Virus record (IMG/VR): IMGVR_UViG_3300021400_000071
Coordinates: 1-42,847 of that record
Strand: one strand, 5' to 3'
Length of the DNA: 42,847 nt
DNA from: a virus
Part shown: in pieces, positions 10,161 through 17,222 of the stretch
Position numbering within the stretch: the first letter of the stretch is position 1
How the letters are laid out: every line of letters begins with the position of its first letter
Notes under the pieces: model-generated
Seen by the model: the letters and a program-made list of their open reading frames with translations, nothing else
Databases searched by the model: none
Told to the model about the DNA's origin: nothing
Made by a program: the position numbers and the translations under genes

Positions 10161-10198
10161 TCTTTGCTATCTAACTCGGTTCAAAAAAGGAGAAAACC

Positions 10199-10969
10199 GT
10201 GAGCGAACGATCTATATACACTGCTCTGATCACGGGCGGCCTTACACCTGCAGGAGCCTGTGGGATGATGGGCAACATGTTTGCCGAATCCGGATTGAGA
10301 AGCGATAATGTGCAGGATAACTGCACCTTGAGCGACCATGACTACACCTACGCCGTGAACAACGGCATGATCACTAGGTGGCAGTTCATGGCAGATGAAT
10401 TTGGCTATGGCCTGTGCCAGTGGACGTATCCGGGCCGCAAGGATCATCTGTACATGTTCGCACGGGATGCAGGCGTGCCGATAGACAATGAAGAAATGCA
10501 GGTGCAGTTCTGCCTCTGGGAGCTGAAGAATGACGGCGAGTTTGCCGAGCTATACAAGTACCTTTGTGAGACGGACAATGTAAAAGAAGCTTCCGAGCGG
10601 ATCTGCAAAGATTATGAAAAGCCGAAAGCGAACAACTTCAAGCCGAGGAACGAAGCTGCTAAGAAATACTTTGCCGAGCTGGCAAGCAATGGCTGCAACG
10701 GCGATGCCTGCCCGATCACACCGGCGCCGATCCCGGAAGGGGAGACCTGTCAGATAAGTGTGAGGGTGCTCAGGAAGGGTGACAAGGGCCGGGATGTATT
10801 TTTGCTGCAGTGCGGACTGCTTGACATCGGAATTGATCTCGGTGAGCACGGAGCTGATGGAGATTTCGGTAAATGCACAGAAAGTGCCATAAGGGAATTC
10901 CAGGGAAACTGCGAGCTGGAGGTTACCGGCGTCGTCGATCAGGCAACCTGGCAGATTCTGTTCCAGTAA
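10199..10969 (+). CDS. Endolysin: lysozyme-like N-terminal domain plus C-terminal PG_binding_1 domain
   Basis: GTG start after GGAGAAAACC. CGMMGNMFAESGLRSDN motif. C-terminus GDKGRDVFLLQCGL...DGDFGKCTESAIREFQ...TGVVDQATWQIL. Confidence 0.8.
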   Translation: MSERSIYTALITGGLTPAGACGMMGNMFAESGLRSDNVQDNCTLSDHDYTYAVNNGMITRWQFMADEFGYGLCQWTYPGRKDHLYMFARDAGVPIDNEEMQVQFCLWELKNDGEFAELYKYLCETDNVKEASERICKDYEKPKANNFKPRNEAAKKYFAELASNGCNGDACPITPAPIPEGETCQISVRVLRKGDKGRDVFLLQCGLLDIGIDLGEHGADGDFGKCTESAIREFQGNCELEVTGVVDQATWQILFQ

Positions 10970-10989
10970 AAATTTCTGAAAAAATCATA

Positions 10990-11029
10990 GGAGGGGGGTT
11001 ACCGCACGGCAGCCTCCCTCCTGTATACT
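10990..11029 (+). promoter_or_regulatory. Candidate late-operon promoter motif, copy 2 (GGAGGGGGGTTACCGCA-N17-TATACT)
   Basis: TTACCG at 10999-11004, exactly 19 nt, then TATACT at 11024-11029. Lies 30 nt before the first lysis-membrane gene. Confidence 0.4.
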
Positions 11030-11058
11030 GGAAGCAGAAAAAACAAGGAGCGAGAATC

Positions 11059-11346
11059 ATGAGAGACGGAATCCTGATCACCCCGCAGGGATTGATTACT
11101 GCGGCAGCTGTTATTGCGGCGCTTGCCGCCATCATAGGCTATTTTATCCGAATTTATAAGTTCGTTTTGCAGCAAAAGAAGCAAGACGAGGATATAAAAT
11201 CAATTCAGGAGGAGCTTACGATTTTAACCTATGGCGTCCTTGCCTGCCTGAAAGGCTTAAAAGAACAGGGCTGTAATGGTGCGGTAACGGAAGCCATAGA
11301 TAAAACAGAAAAATTCCTGAATAAAAAAGCCCACGGGCAAATATGA
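11059..11346 (+). CDS. Single-TM membrane protein of the lysis cassette (holin-associated)
   Basis: RBS AAGGAG. 95 aa with TM segment LITAAAVIAALAAIIGYFI. The upstream extension of track ORF 10873 overlaps the endolysin and has no RBS. Confidence 0.55.
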   Translation: MRDGILITPQGLITAAAVIAALAAIIGYFIRIYKFVLQQKKQDEDIKSIQEELTILTYGVLACLKGLKEQGCNGAVTEAIDKTEKFLNKKAHGQI

Positions 11347-11360
11347 AAGGGGAAAGCATT

Positions 11361-11612
11361 ATGAACAAGCAGGATCTGATCCGGAAACTGACGAGCAGAA
11401 AATTCTGGCTGGCTGTCGTGGCCCTTGTGACCGGACTGCTGGCAGCATTCAAAGTGGATGCGACAACCATTGAAACCGTATCCGGTATTATCATGGCAGC
11501 GGCATCTGTTGTGGCCTATATCCTTGCCGAGGGCATGGTGGACGCAGGCAACAGCGGGGTGCCGACTATTGTTGTCCAGCCGGTGGAACAGGCTGAGGAT
11601 CCGGACACGTAA
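11361..11612 (+). CDS. Holin
   Basis: 83 aa. SRKFWLAVVALVTGLLAAF and a second TM segment. RBS AAAGGGGAAAG. An alternative start at 11343 is possible. Confidence 0.65.
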   Translation: MNKQDLIRKLTSRKFWLAVVALVTGLLAAFKVDATTIETVSGIIMAAASVVAYILAEGMVDAGNSGVPTIVVQPVEQAEDPDT

Positions 11613-11996
11613 ATGTATCGATATTATAACCCGAATCCGAAAGGGCTCCATGTGGGAGATTGCACAGTGAGAGCGATCTGTGCCGTAACCGGTCTGAGCT
11701 GGTACGAAGTGCACGATTTGCTGTGTGATCTGTCCAGAGATATGGCGAACATGCCGAGTGCAAATGCCGTATGGTGGGAGCTTCTATGGGAATTCGGGTT
11801 TAATCAATTCCGGCTGATTGACCAGTGCCCGGACTGTTACACGGTGGCGGATTTTGCATACGATCACGACAAAGGGATCTACGTTTTAGGCCCGCTGGAG
11901 CATGCCGTCGCCGTAATCGGTGGGGATTGGTTTGATATTTTCGACAGTGGCCGGACTATTCCAAAATACTATTTTAAGAGGAGTAAGATATGGTAG
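11613..11996 (+). CDS. Putative papain-like (Cys/His) peptidase-fold protein
   Basis: ATG abuts the holin stop. GDCTVRAI (Cys17) and EHAVAVIGGDWFDIFDSG (His97) suggest a Cys-His pair. Confidence 0.35.
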   Translation: MYRYYNPNPKGLHVGDCTVRAICAVTGLSWYEVHDLLCDLSRDMANMPSANAVWWELLWEFGFNQFRLIDQCPDCYTVADFAYDHDKGIYVLGPLEHAVAVIGGDWFDIFDSGRTIPKYYFKRSKIW

Positions 11997-12433
11997 ACCA
12001 GTACGGAAGATGGTATCCGGATTATCCTGGACAGCAACCCTATCAGGATCCGAGCTACATGAGGGCTGCTGGCCAGCACACAGCGCAGCCCATCCCAAAC
12101 GGGCAGGTGCCCGTAAACACACCGCAGGATATGACCCCGACGATCCGGGCAGAAATAAAGCAGGTGGAAAGCATTGAGGCGATTGACAATGTTCCGCTGG
12201 GAGCAGGCACATCGCAGATGTTTATGACGAAAGACGAAAAAAATATCGTGATCAGATCCGTGTTTGCCAACGGCCAGCACACCGACAAGATCTACGATGA
12301 AAGACCGCCAGCTCCTCCGGCACCAAAGTTTGACCCGGCTGTATATGTACGCAGAGATGAAATCGGCGACCTGGTGAATGAAGCAATCTCTGCAAGGATT
12401 GCAGCTTCAAGACAGCAAACGGAGGGAAAGTAA
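11990..12433 (+). CDS. Hypothetical protein (Pro/Gln-rich N-terminus)
   Basis: 147 aa. ATGGTAG start/stop overlap with the upstream gene. Confidence 0.55.
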   Translation: MVDQYGRWYPDYPGQQPYQDPSYMRAAGQHTAQPIPNGQVPVNTPQDMTPTIRAEIKQVESIEAIDNVPLGAGTSQMFMTKDEKNIVIRSVFANGQHTDKIYDERPPAPPAPKFDPAVYVRRDEIGDLVNEAISARIAASRQQTEGK

Positions 12434-12691
12434 ATGGGACTTTTCGATCAGCTTGGAGGCAAGCAGAATTCTCCTCAGCAAATGGATCCGCGTCAGATGC
12501 AGCAGCAGATGCAGCGGGACGTAGACCAGATCAAAGCGAATCCAGAATCCTTCCTGAAGGAAAGAGGATTCGATATCCCGGAAGGGATGACCGACGCACA
12601 ACAAATTACACGATATCTTTTGCAGACAGGCCAGATTGGAAATAGCCGTCTGCAATCTGTTATGAAGATGTTCGGCATGGCCGGACGCTAA
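12434..12691 (+). CDS. Hypothetical Q-rich small protein
   Basis: 85 aa. ATG follows the upstream TAA directly. Confidence 0.5.
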   Translation: MGLFDQLGGKQNSPQQMDPRQMQQQMQRDVDQIKANPESFLKERGFDIPEGMTDAQQITRYLLQTGQIGNSRLQSVMKMFGMAGR

Positions 12692-12772
12692 CATTTGTAT
12701 TCGTTCTGCTGACGCTCGGCGCGCAAGTGGCGGCAGTATGAATAAATACATTTGAAAGGAAACATATTCGCA

Positions 12773-13636
12773 ATGTCTATTTTTGGCAATGAAGGCCAGG
12801 GAGGCTTTTATATGCCTGTTGCTCCCGCTTATGGCGGAGGCTACGGTAACCAGGGCGGCTTCTTCGGCGGTGATTGGGCATGGATCATTTTGCTCCTCCT
12901 CATCGGCGGAAACGGCTGGGGCATGGGTGGCTTCGGAGGCGGCATGATGTGGCCTATGATGATGGGCGCAGGCATGAACGGCTTCGGTATGGATTACCTG
13001 TACCCGTGGCTCAACAACTCGCAGCACATCTCTGACGGGTTCAGAGATCAGCAGATCACTACCTATCTCACCGGTCTTCAGAACAGTGTCGCCGGAATTA
13101 ATCAGAACATTTGCCAGACCGGAAACGCTATCACCGGTGCCGTTCGTGACGGCTTCAGCGCTGCTGAGATCGCAGCCAACGGACGACAGATGGCCAACAT
13201 GCAGCAGGGCTTCGGCATCCAGGCTGCAATCCAGGGCGGCTTCGCAGCAAACGCTGCTGGCACTGCCGATCTGAAGTATACCATCGCAACGGAAGCATGC
13301 GCAGACCGCGCAGCAGGCAATGCAAACACCCAGCGCATCCTCGACAAGCTTTGCCAGCTTGAGCTCGATAATGAGCGTGCGCAGCATGCTGCAGACCAGC
13401 GTGAAATTGCTCGTCTCAACTCTGAGCTGATGTATGCCCGTGGCCAGGCAAGCCAGATCGACCAGACGGCTCAGATCCGCGCTTCCCAGGCGGCGGTAGC
13501 CAATCAGCTTGTGAATGAGCTCCGGTCTTGCCCGATCCCGTCTCAGCCGGTGTACGGCAATCAGCCGATCTTCACCTGCAACGGTAACGGCAACCCCTGT
13601 TTCTGTAACGGCAACGCCTTCGGCTTCGCCGCCTGA
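12773..13636 (+). CDS. Gly-rich membrane-anchored protein with a helical core and Cys-rich C-terminus
   Basis: ATG at 12773 after GAAAGGAA. GGGYGNQGGFFGGDWAWIILLLLIGGNGWGMGGFGGG, then a Q/A-rich helical region, then FTCNGNGNPCFCNGNAFGFAA. Confidence 0.6.
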   Translation: MSIFGNEGQGGFYMPVAPAYGGGYGNQGGFFGGDWAWIILLLLIGGNGWGMGGFGGGMMWPMMMGAGMNGFGMDYLYPWLNNSQHISDGFRDQQITTYLTGLQNSVAGINQNICQTGNAITGAVRDGFSAAEIAANGRQMANMQQGFGIQAAIQGGFAANAAGTADLKYTIATEACADRAAGNANTQRILDKLCQLELDNERAQHAADQREIARLNSELMYARGQASQIDQTAQIRASQAAVANQLVNELRSCPIPSQPVYGNQPIFTCNGNGNPCFCNGNAFGFAA

Positions 13637-13654
13637 GAGGGGGCGGTGAACTGA

Positions 13655-14140
13655 ATGGCTGCTGAATACAGCGCAAACGCTCTCCAGACTGTAGCAGCCA
13701 ACGCTGCTATCATCTTCCCGAATGCACCGATCCCGTGCATGAGAGGTATGGTCTATCACCGGGATGAAAGCGGCCTCTTCCGGCTCGCTTCTCCTCGCGT
13801 GATGGGAGCCTCCTGCCGACGTCGTTGTTGCTGTTCCGGATTCCCGGAGGCAGATTATAAGGTAGCCTTCCACGCAAACATTGCTGTTCCGGGCACTCCT
13901 GCCGGTACGGTAGAAGAGATCCAGCTCGCGATCTTTATTGACGGAGAAGAGGATCCTTCCAGCATCATGTCCTTTACCCCTGCTGCCGTGGACGACTTTG
14001 GCAACGTCGGGGCTGGCGTGATCGTGTCCGTGCCTTGTATCTGCGGATGCTCGACGGTATCCGTCAGAAACATTAGCACTCAGCCGGTGAACGTCAGAAA
14101 CGCAAACATCGTTTTTGACTTTGCCGGAATCCGGAACTGA
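13655..14140 (+). CDS. Beta-rich protein, possibly a TNF/C1q-like (BclA C-terminal-like) fold, with Cys clusters
   Basis: 161 aa. Alternating beta-strand pattern (ADYKVAFHANIAV, IQLAIFIDGEE, STVSVRNISTQPVNVRNANIVF). CRRRCCCSG and CICGC clusters. Confidence 0.4.
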   Translation: MAAEYSANALQTVAANAAIIFPNAPIPCMRGMVYHRDESGLFRLASPRVMGASCRRRCCCSGFPEADYKVAFHANIAVPGTPAGTVEEIQLAIFIDGEEDPSSIMSFTPAAVDDFGNVGAGVIVSVPCICGCSTVSVRNISTQPVNVRNANIVFDFAGIRN

Positions 14141-14157
14141 GAAAGGGGGAAAACACA

Positions 14158-14598
14158 GTGGATTATCTTAATGATCTTTACGAAGCTCAGGAGCTCGTTG
14201 CCTGCAGCCTGGAAGAGGCGATCAAGAAAACGAAGCAACAGAGCGGCGGTAAGCTCATGACGACCAGCGATTCCGAGCACTTTAGGAACCTTATGAGCGC
14301 ATTCAAAAACTCTCAGGTTGCGATTGCAATGATTGAGGAAAAAGAAGGCGGAGAATCCTACGCCATGGACGATATAATAGAGCGTGGCAGAGACAGCCGC
14401 AGATCCTACCGCGCCTACGACGACGGAATGAACTACGGCATGAGTGGCAGACGCGGCCGCAATCCTTCCACCGGCCGGTACATGAGCCGCACCGGCGGAT
14501 ACTCCGGGCACGGGGATTACATGGAAATGGTTGAAGAAGCCATGCAGCGTGATCCCGAAGGCACTCGCAGAAAGCTTGAAATGCTGATGCAGCAGTGA
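14158..14598 (+). CDS. Hypothetical protein with an Arg/Gly/Tyr-rich centre
   Basis: GTG start after GAAAGGGGGAAAA. 146 aa. Contains RSYRAYDDGMNYGMSGRRGRNPSTGRYMSRTGGYSGHGD. Confidence 0.5.
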   Translation: MDYLNDLYEAQELVACSLEEAIKKTKQQSGGKLMTTSDSEHFRNLMSAFKNSQVAIAMIEEKEGGESYAMDDIIERGRDSRRSYRAYDDGMNYGMSGRRGRNPSTGRYMSRTGGYSGHGDYMEMVEEAMQRDPEGTRRKLEMLMQQ

Positions 14599-14616
14599 TC
14601 TGAACAATAAAAAGGA

Positions 14617-14645
14617 CAGCAGCAGGGAAACCTGCTGCTGTTTTT
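14617..14645. terminator. Bidirectional rho-independent terminator between the converging cargo operon and int
   Basis: CAGCAGCAGG-gaaa-CCTGCTGCTG, with an A-run upstream and a T5 run downstream. Confidence 0.8.
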
Positions 14646-14687
14646 CTTAATGTTAGGTGCCATGGGGCAACTTGATTTAAGAATAAA

Positions 14688-15968
14688 TCAAAGGATTAAA
14701 AAAATCTGCCCGGATGCGTCGATCTCTATGCGTTTCACAGTGCGAGACCAGAATGCTTTCTTGTTTTCCATGGTGAGGGTGGAGTACATCTTCACGGCGT
14801 CGGAGATGGAGCTCAGATCTATCGGGATCTGCTGGGGCTCCCATGCGTACAGCTCAGACTCCAGGGCACGGTAATCCTTCTCATAGATCTCCTTACTGAT
14901 CAGATCATCGAGGTACAGATCCTTCAGCTTGTCCATCTTCTTCTGGATCCTGGCCTTGTCCTTCTTCGGCTTGGTTTCGGCAGCGATCTCAGCATTCCGA
15001 TCCTTAGCAGCTGACTCCAGATTCTCCAGCAGGAAGGATTCAATCTTATGCTCGGGAAGGTGCTTTCGGTTCCGGCAGCGGTATGACCCAAACTCATCAT
15101 GGAGATAGCAGGAGTAGTAAGCTGTGCCCTTCACCCGGCCTGCCTTTACCCGGCCACCGCATTCCTTGCAGTAAATGATTGATGTGAAGAGGAACACACT
15201 TCCGGTTCTCCCTGCATTACGCTGGGAGCGTGTCTGAAGGATCTCCTGGGCCCGCTGAAACTGGTCATGGCCGATCAGCTCTATGTATCGCTTGTTGTGC
15301 AGCAGCCATCGAATCGTGGTAAAGCTGCGATTGATCTTGTACTTATCATGGAGCAGATCACGGCAGACAGCACAGGATCTGTAGTCGATGAATGTCTGGA
15401 ACAGATCCTCGATGATCGGCAGCTGCTCCGGATCCGGCACGACCTTCTTATCTTCCAGCTTGTATCCGATCAGGACAGAATCATTCAGCCATTCGCCCTT
15501 TGCCCGCTTGGCCTCCTGGACAAAGCGGATCCTCTCAGCCGTCCGGTCAGCCTCATCCTCTGCCACACTTAGCATGATGTTCACCTTGAAACGCCCGGAT
15601 GCCGTCACCGTCTCATAGTCTTCTAATGTCGCCTGCCATGCGACATTATGCTTCTCCAGGATCGGCTGCACCTGATGGTAGGCAGCCACATTCCTGAACC
15701 ATCGGTCAAGCTTGATAAACAGGATCACGTCCACCCGGTCAGCCTCGACGGCCTCCAGCAGGCTCAGAAGGGCAGGGCGCTTCTTGTATGGCTTCCGGGC
15801 GGAGATCCCTTCATCCACATACTCCCCGACGATCTGATAGCCGTGCTCTTTGGCATAGGCCCGGATGGAATCCACCTGGGCCCCGATGCTGTAGCCGTGC
15901 CTGGCCTGTTCTTCGGTGCTTGCTAAACGCGAGCATAAAGAGCTGCTCTCTTCATCTCGCCTCATCAT
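14688..15968 (-). CDS. int: Large serine recombinase (integrase); N-terminus appears frameshifted
   Basis: Resolvase-type STEEQARHGYSIGAQ, then a recombinase domain, a Cys zinc-ribbon (YCKECGG...YYSCY...YRCRN) and a coiled coil. The canonical MKRAALYARV start lies in another frame (15955..15923). Confidence 0.85.
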   Translation of the reverse strand: MMRRDEESSSLCSRLASTEEQARHGYSIGAQVDSIRAYAKEHGYQIVGEYVDEGISARKPYKKRPALLSLLEAVEADRVDVILFIKLDRWFRNVAAYHQVQPILEKHNVAWQATLEDYETVTASGRFKVNIMLSVAEDEADRTAERIRFVQEAKRAKGEWLNDSVLIGYKLEDKKVVPDPEQLPIIEDLFQTFIDYRSCAVCRDLLHDKYKINRSFTTIRWLLHNKRYIELIGHDQFQRAQEILQTRSQRNAGRTGSVFLFTSIIYCKECGGRVKAGRVKGTAYYSCYLHDEFGSYRCRNRKHLPEHKIESFLLENLESAAKDRNAEIAAETKPKKDKARIQKKMDKLKDLYLDDLISKEIYEKDYRALESELYAWEPQQIPIDLSSISDAVKMYSTLTMENKKAFWSRTVKRIEIDASGQIFLIL

Positions 15969-15982
15969 CCCCTTTCTTTATC

Positions 15983-16053
15983 TTCGTCGATAATTATTGT
16001 ATTCACAGTTGGAATATTTTATTCCAATCGGAATAAAATGATTCTTCGACGAA
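15983..16053. promoter_or_regulatory. Nested dyad-symmetric element (candidate int regulatory site or attP)
   Basis: Inner TTGGAATA-ttt-TATTCCAA at 16009-16027. Outer TTCGTCGA (15983-15990) pairs with TCGACGAA (16046-16053). All arms share a centre at 16018. A third GGAATA lies at 16030-16035. Confidence 0.4.
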
Positions 16054-16070
16054 TATTTTACATCTATTCT

Positions 16071-16382
16071 TCATCTATCTCGCCCTGGATTTGAGATAAA
16101 CAGAAAAAAGCCAGCGGAAGCACCAATGATCCCGGATATGATAGCAGCAATGCGCTGCACACCAGCATAGTCAAAATCAGCAAGGCTTTTAAATGCCACC
16201 CCAAAACCTATTATTCCTGCGATAAAAAGAAGATTTAATGTGTTCTGGCTGAATGGTTTTGCTTTACGATAGTAATCCATCAGATAAGAACCACCTGCTA
16301 TATACACAACAGCAGCAAAAACCTTAAAGCCAAAAGCGGAACCAATTAGAATGTCAAATAGAATTCTGAATGAATCAACCAT
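16071..16382 (-). CDS. Small multi-TM membrane protein co-transcribed with the repressor
   Basis: Start MVDSFRILFD after GAGAGGG. ATGGTTGA overlap with the repressor stop. Three hydrophobic segments. Confidence 0.6.
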   Translation of the reverse strand: MVDSFRILFDILIGSAFGFKVFAAVVYIAGGSYLMDYYRKAKPFSQNTLNLLFIAGIIGFGVAFKSLADFDYAGVQRIAAIISGIIGASAGFFLFISNPGRDR

Positions 16383-16830
16383 TTCGCCCTCTCTTTTCAT
16401 CGGACAGTTTTGCCCGGATATCATCGGCCTGTTCTTTAAAGGCTGGCGGCTCACGACCCTGGAGTGCTGCTATGATGCGAATATACTGAGAAAGCTGCTC
16501 ATCGGTGGCATCCCTTATCATAAAAAGAATAGTGCGGATCAGCCTATTCTGAAGATATTCTACGCTGTCCATAAACAGCTCCATAATCTCAGGATTGTCC
16601 TCTGGAAGAAGAGCCTGTTCTACATCTTCAATGTCATCGTTCACAAAATAGTCAGGTGAGACATTGAACACTTCCGAAAGCTTAGCGATCTTATCCCTCC
16701 CCATATTGGAGATAAGGCCGGTCTCCCATTTTCTGACAGTGCTTTTCCCAACACCAACCTTTTTGCCTAATTCTTCTAATGTGTAACCTCGGTCGGTTCT
16801 TAGCGCCTTGATTTTCTCACCGGCATTCAT
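16375..16830 (-). CDS. CI-like XRE-family HTH repressor
   Basis: MNAGEKIKALRTDRGYTLEELGKKVGVGKSTVRKWETG is a classic HTH_3 motif. Divergent from the early operon. Confidence 0.85.
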   Translation of the reverse strand: MNAGEKIKALRTDRGYTLEELGKKVGVGKSTVRKWETGLISNMGRDKIAKLSEVFNVSPDYFVNDDIEDVEQALLPEDNPEIMELFMDSVEYLQNRLIRTILFMIRDATDEQLSQYIRIIAALQGREPPAFKEQADDIRAKLSDEKRGRNG

Positions 16831-16922
16831 TAAACCACCACCCTCTTCTTTACTTTAACATATATGTGTCTCAAATGCAACAAAAACAAATGGTTAATGT
16901 TTCCTAAAATACACAAAAGCAC

Positions 16923-16951
16923 TTGACATATAGGTGAAACAGTCGTATTAT
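16923..16951 (+). promoter_or_regulatory. Early rightward sigma-A-type promoter
   Basis: TTGACA (16923-16928), 17 nt, TATTAT (16946-16951). Confidence 0.75.
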
Positions 16952-16955
16952 GGTA

Positions 16956-16971
16956 GTGTCTTTTAAGACAC
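16956..16971. promoter_or_regulatory. Operator O1 (16-bp palindrome GTGTCTTTTAAGACAC)
   Basis: Perfect dyad starting 5 nt after the -10 element. Confidence 0.65.
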
Positions 16972-16991
16972 TTTTGAAGGGAGGTGAATCA

Positions 16992-17186
16992 ATGAATCAG
17001 CAAAAGCTCTATGAACGAATGAAGCAGAGGGGTGTGTCGAAGAAGGACGTCTATCAGAGACTGAAGATTTCCAGGTCTGCTTTCTACCGGAAGTGTACTG
17101 GAAAGTCTGAATTTAAGCTTGAAGAAATACAGACTCTGATGGATATGCTTGGGCTTAAAACGGCAAACGGTATTTTTTTTGAATGA
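16992..17186 (+). CDS. Cro-like small HTH regulator
   Basis: RBS GGGAGGTG. 64 aa. VSKKDVYQRLKISRSAFYRKCTG HTH. The track start at 16950 lies inside the -10 element. Confidence 0.65.
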   Translation: MNQQKLYERMKQRGVSKKDVYQRLKISRSAFYRKCTGKSEFKLEEIQTLMDMLGLKTANGIFFE

Positions 17187-17189
17187 AAA

Positions 17190-17205
17190 GTGTCCTAAAG
17201 GACAC
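17190..17205. promoter_or_regulatory. Operator O2 (16-bp palindrome GTGTCCTAAAGGACAC)
   Basis: Same GTGTC...GACAC half-sites as O1, 234 bp downstream. Confidence 0.6.
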
Positions 17206-17222
17206 GAAATCAGGAGGACATC

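Noticed and set aside
15923-15925. The TAG in the MKRAALYARV* frame as evidence for stop-codon recoding.
   Set aside because: Reading through the TAG gives non-recombinase sequence (QAPKNR...). The resolvase motif resumes in a different frame, so this is a frameshift and not recoding. Other genes end normally with TAA, TGA or TAG.
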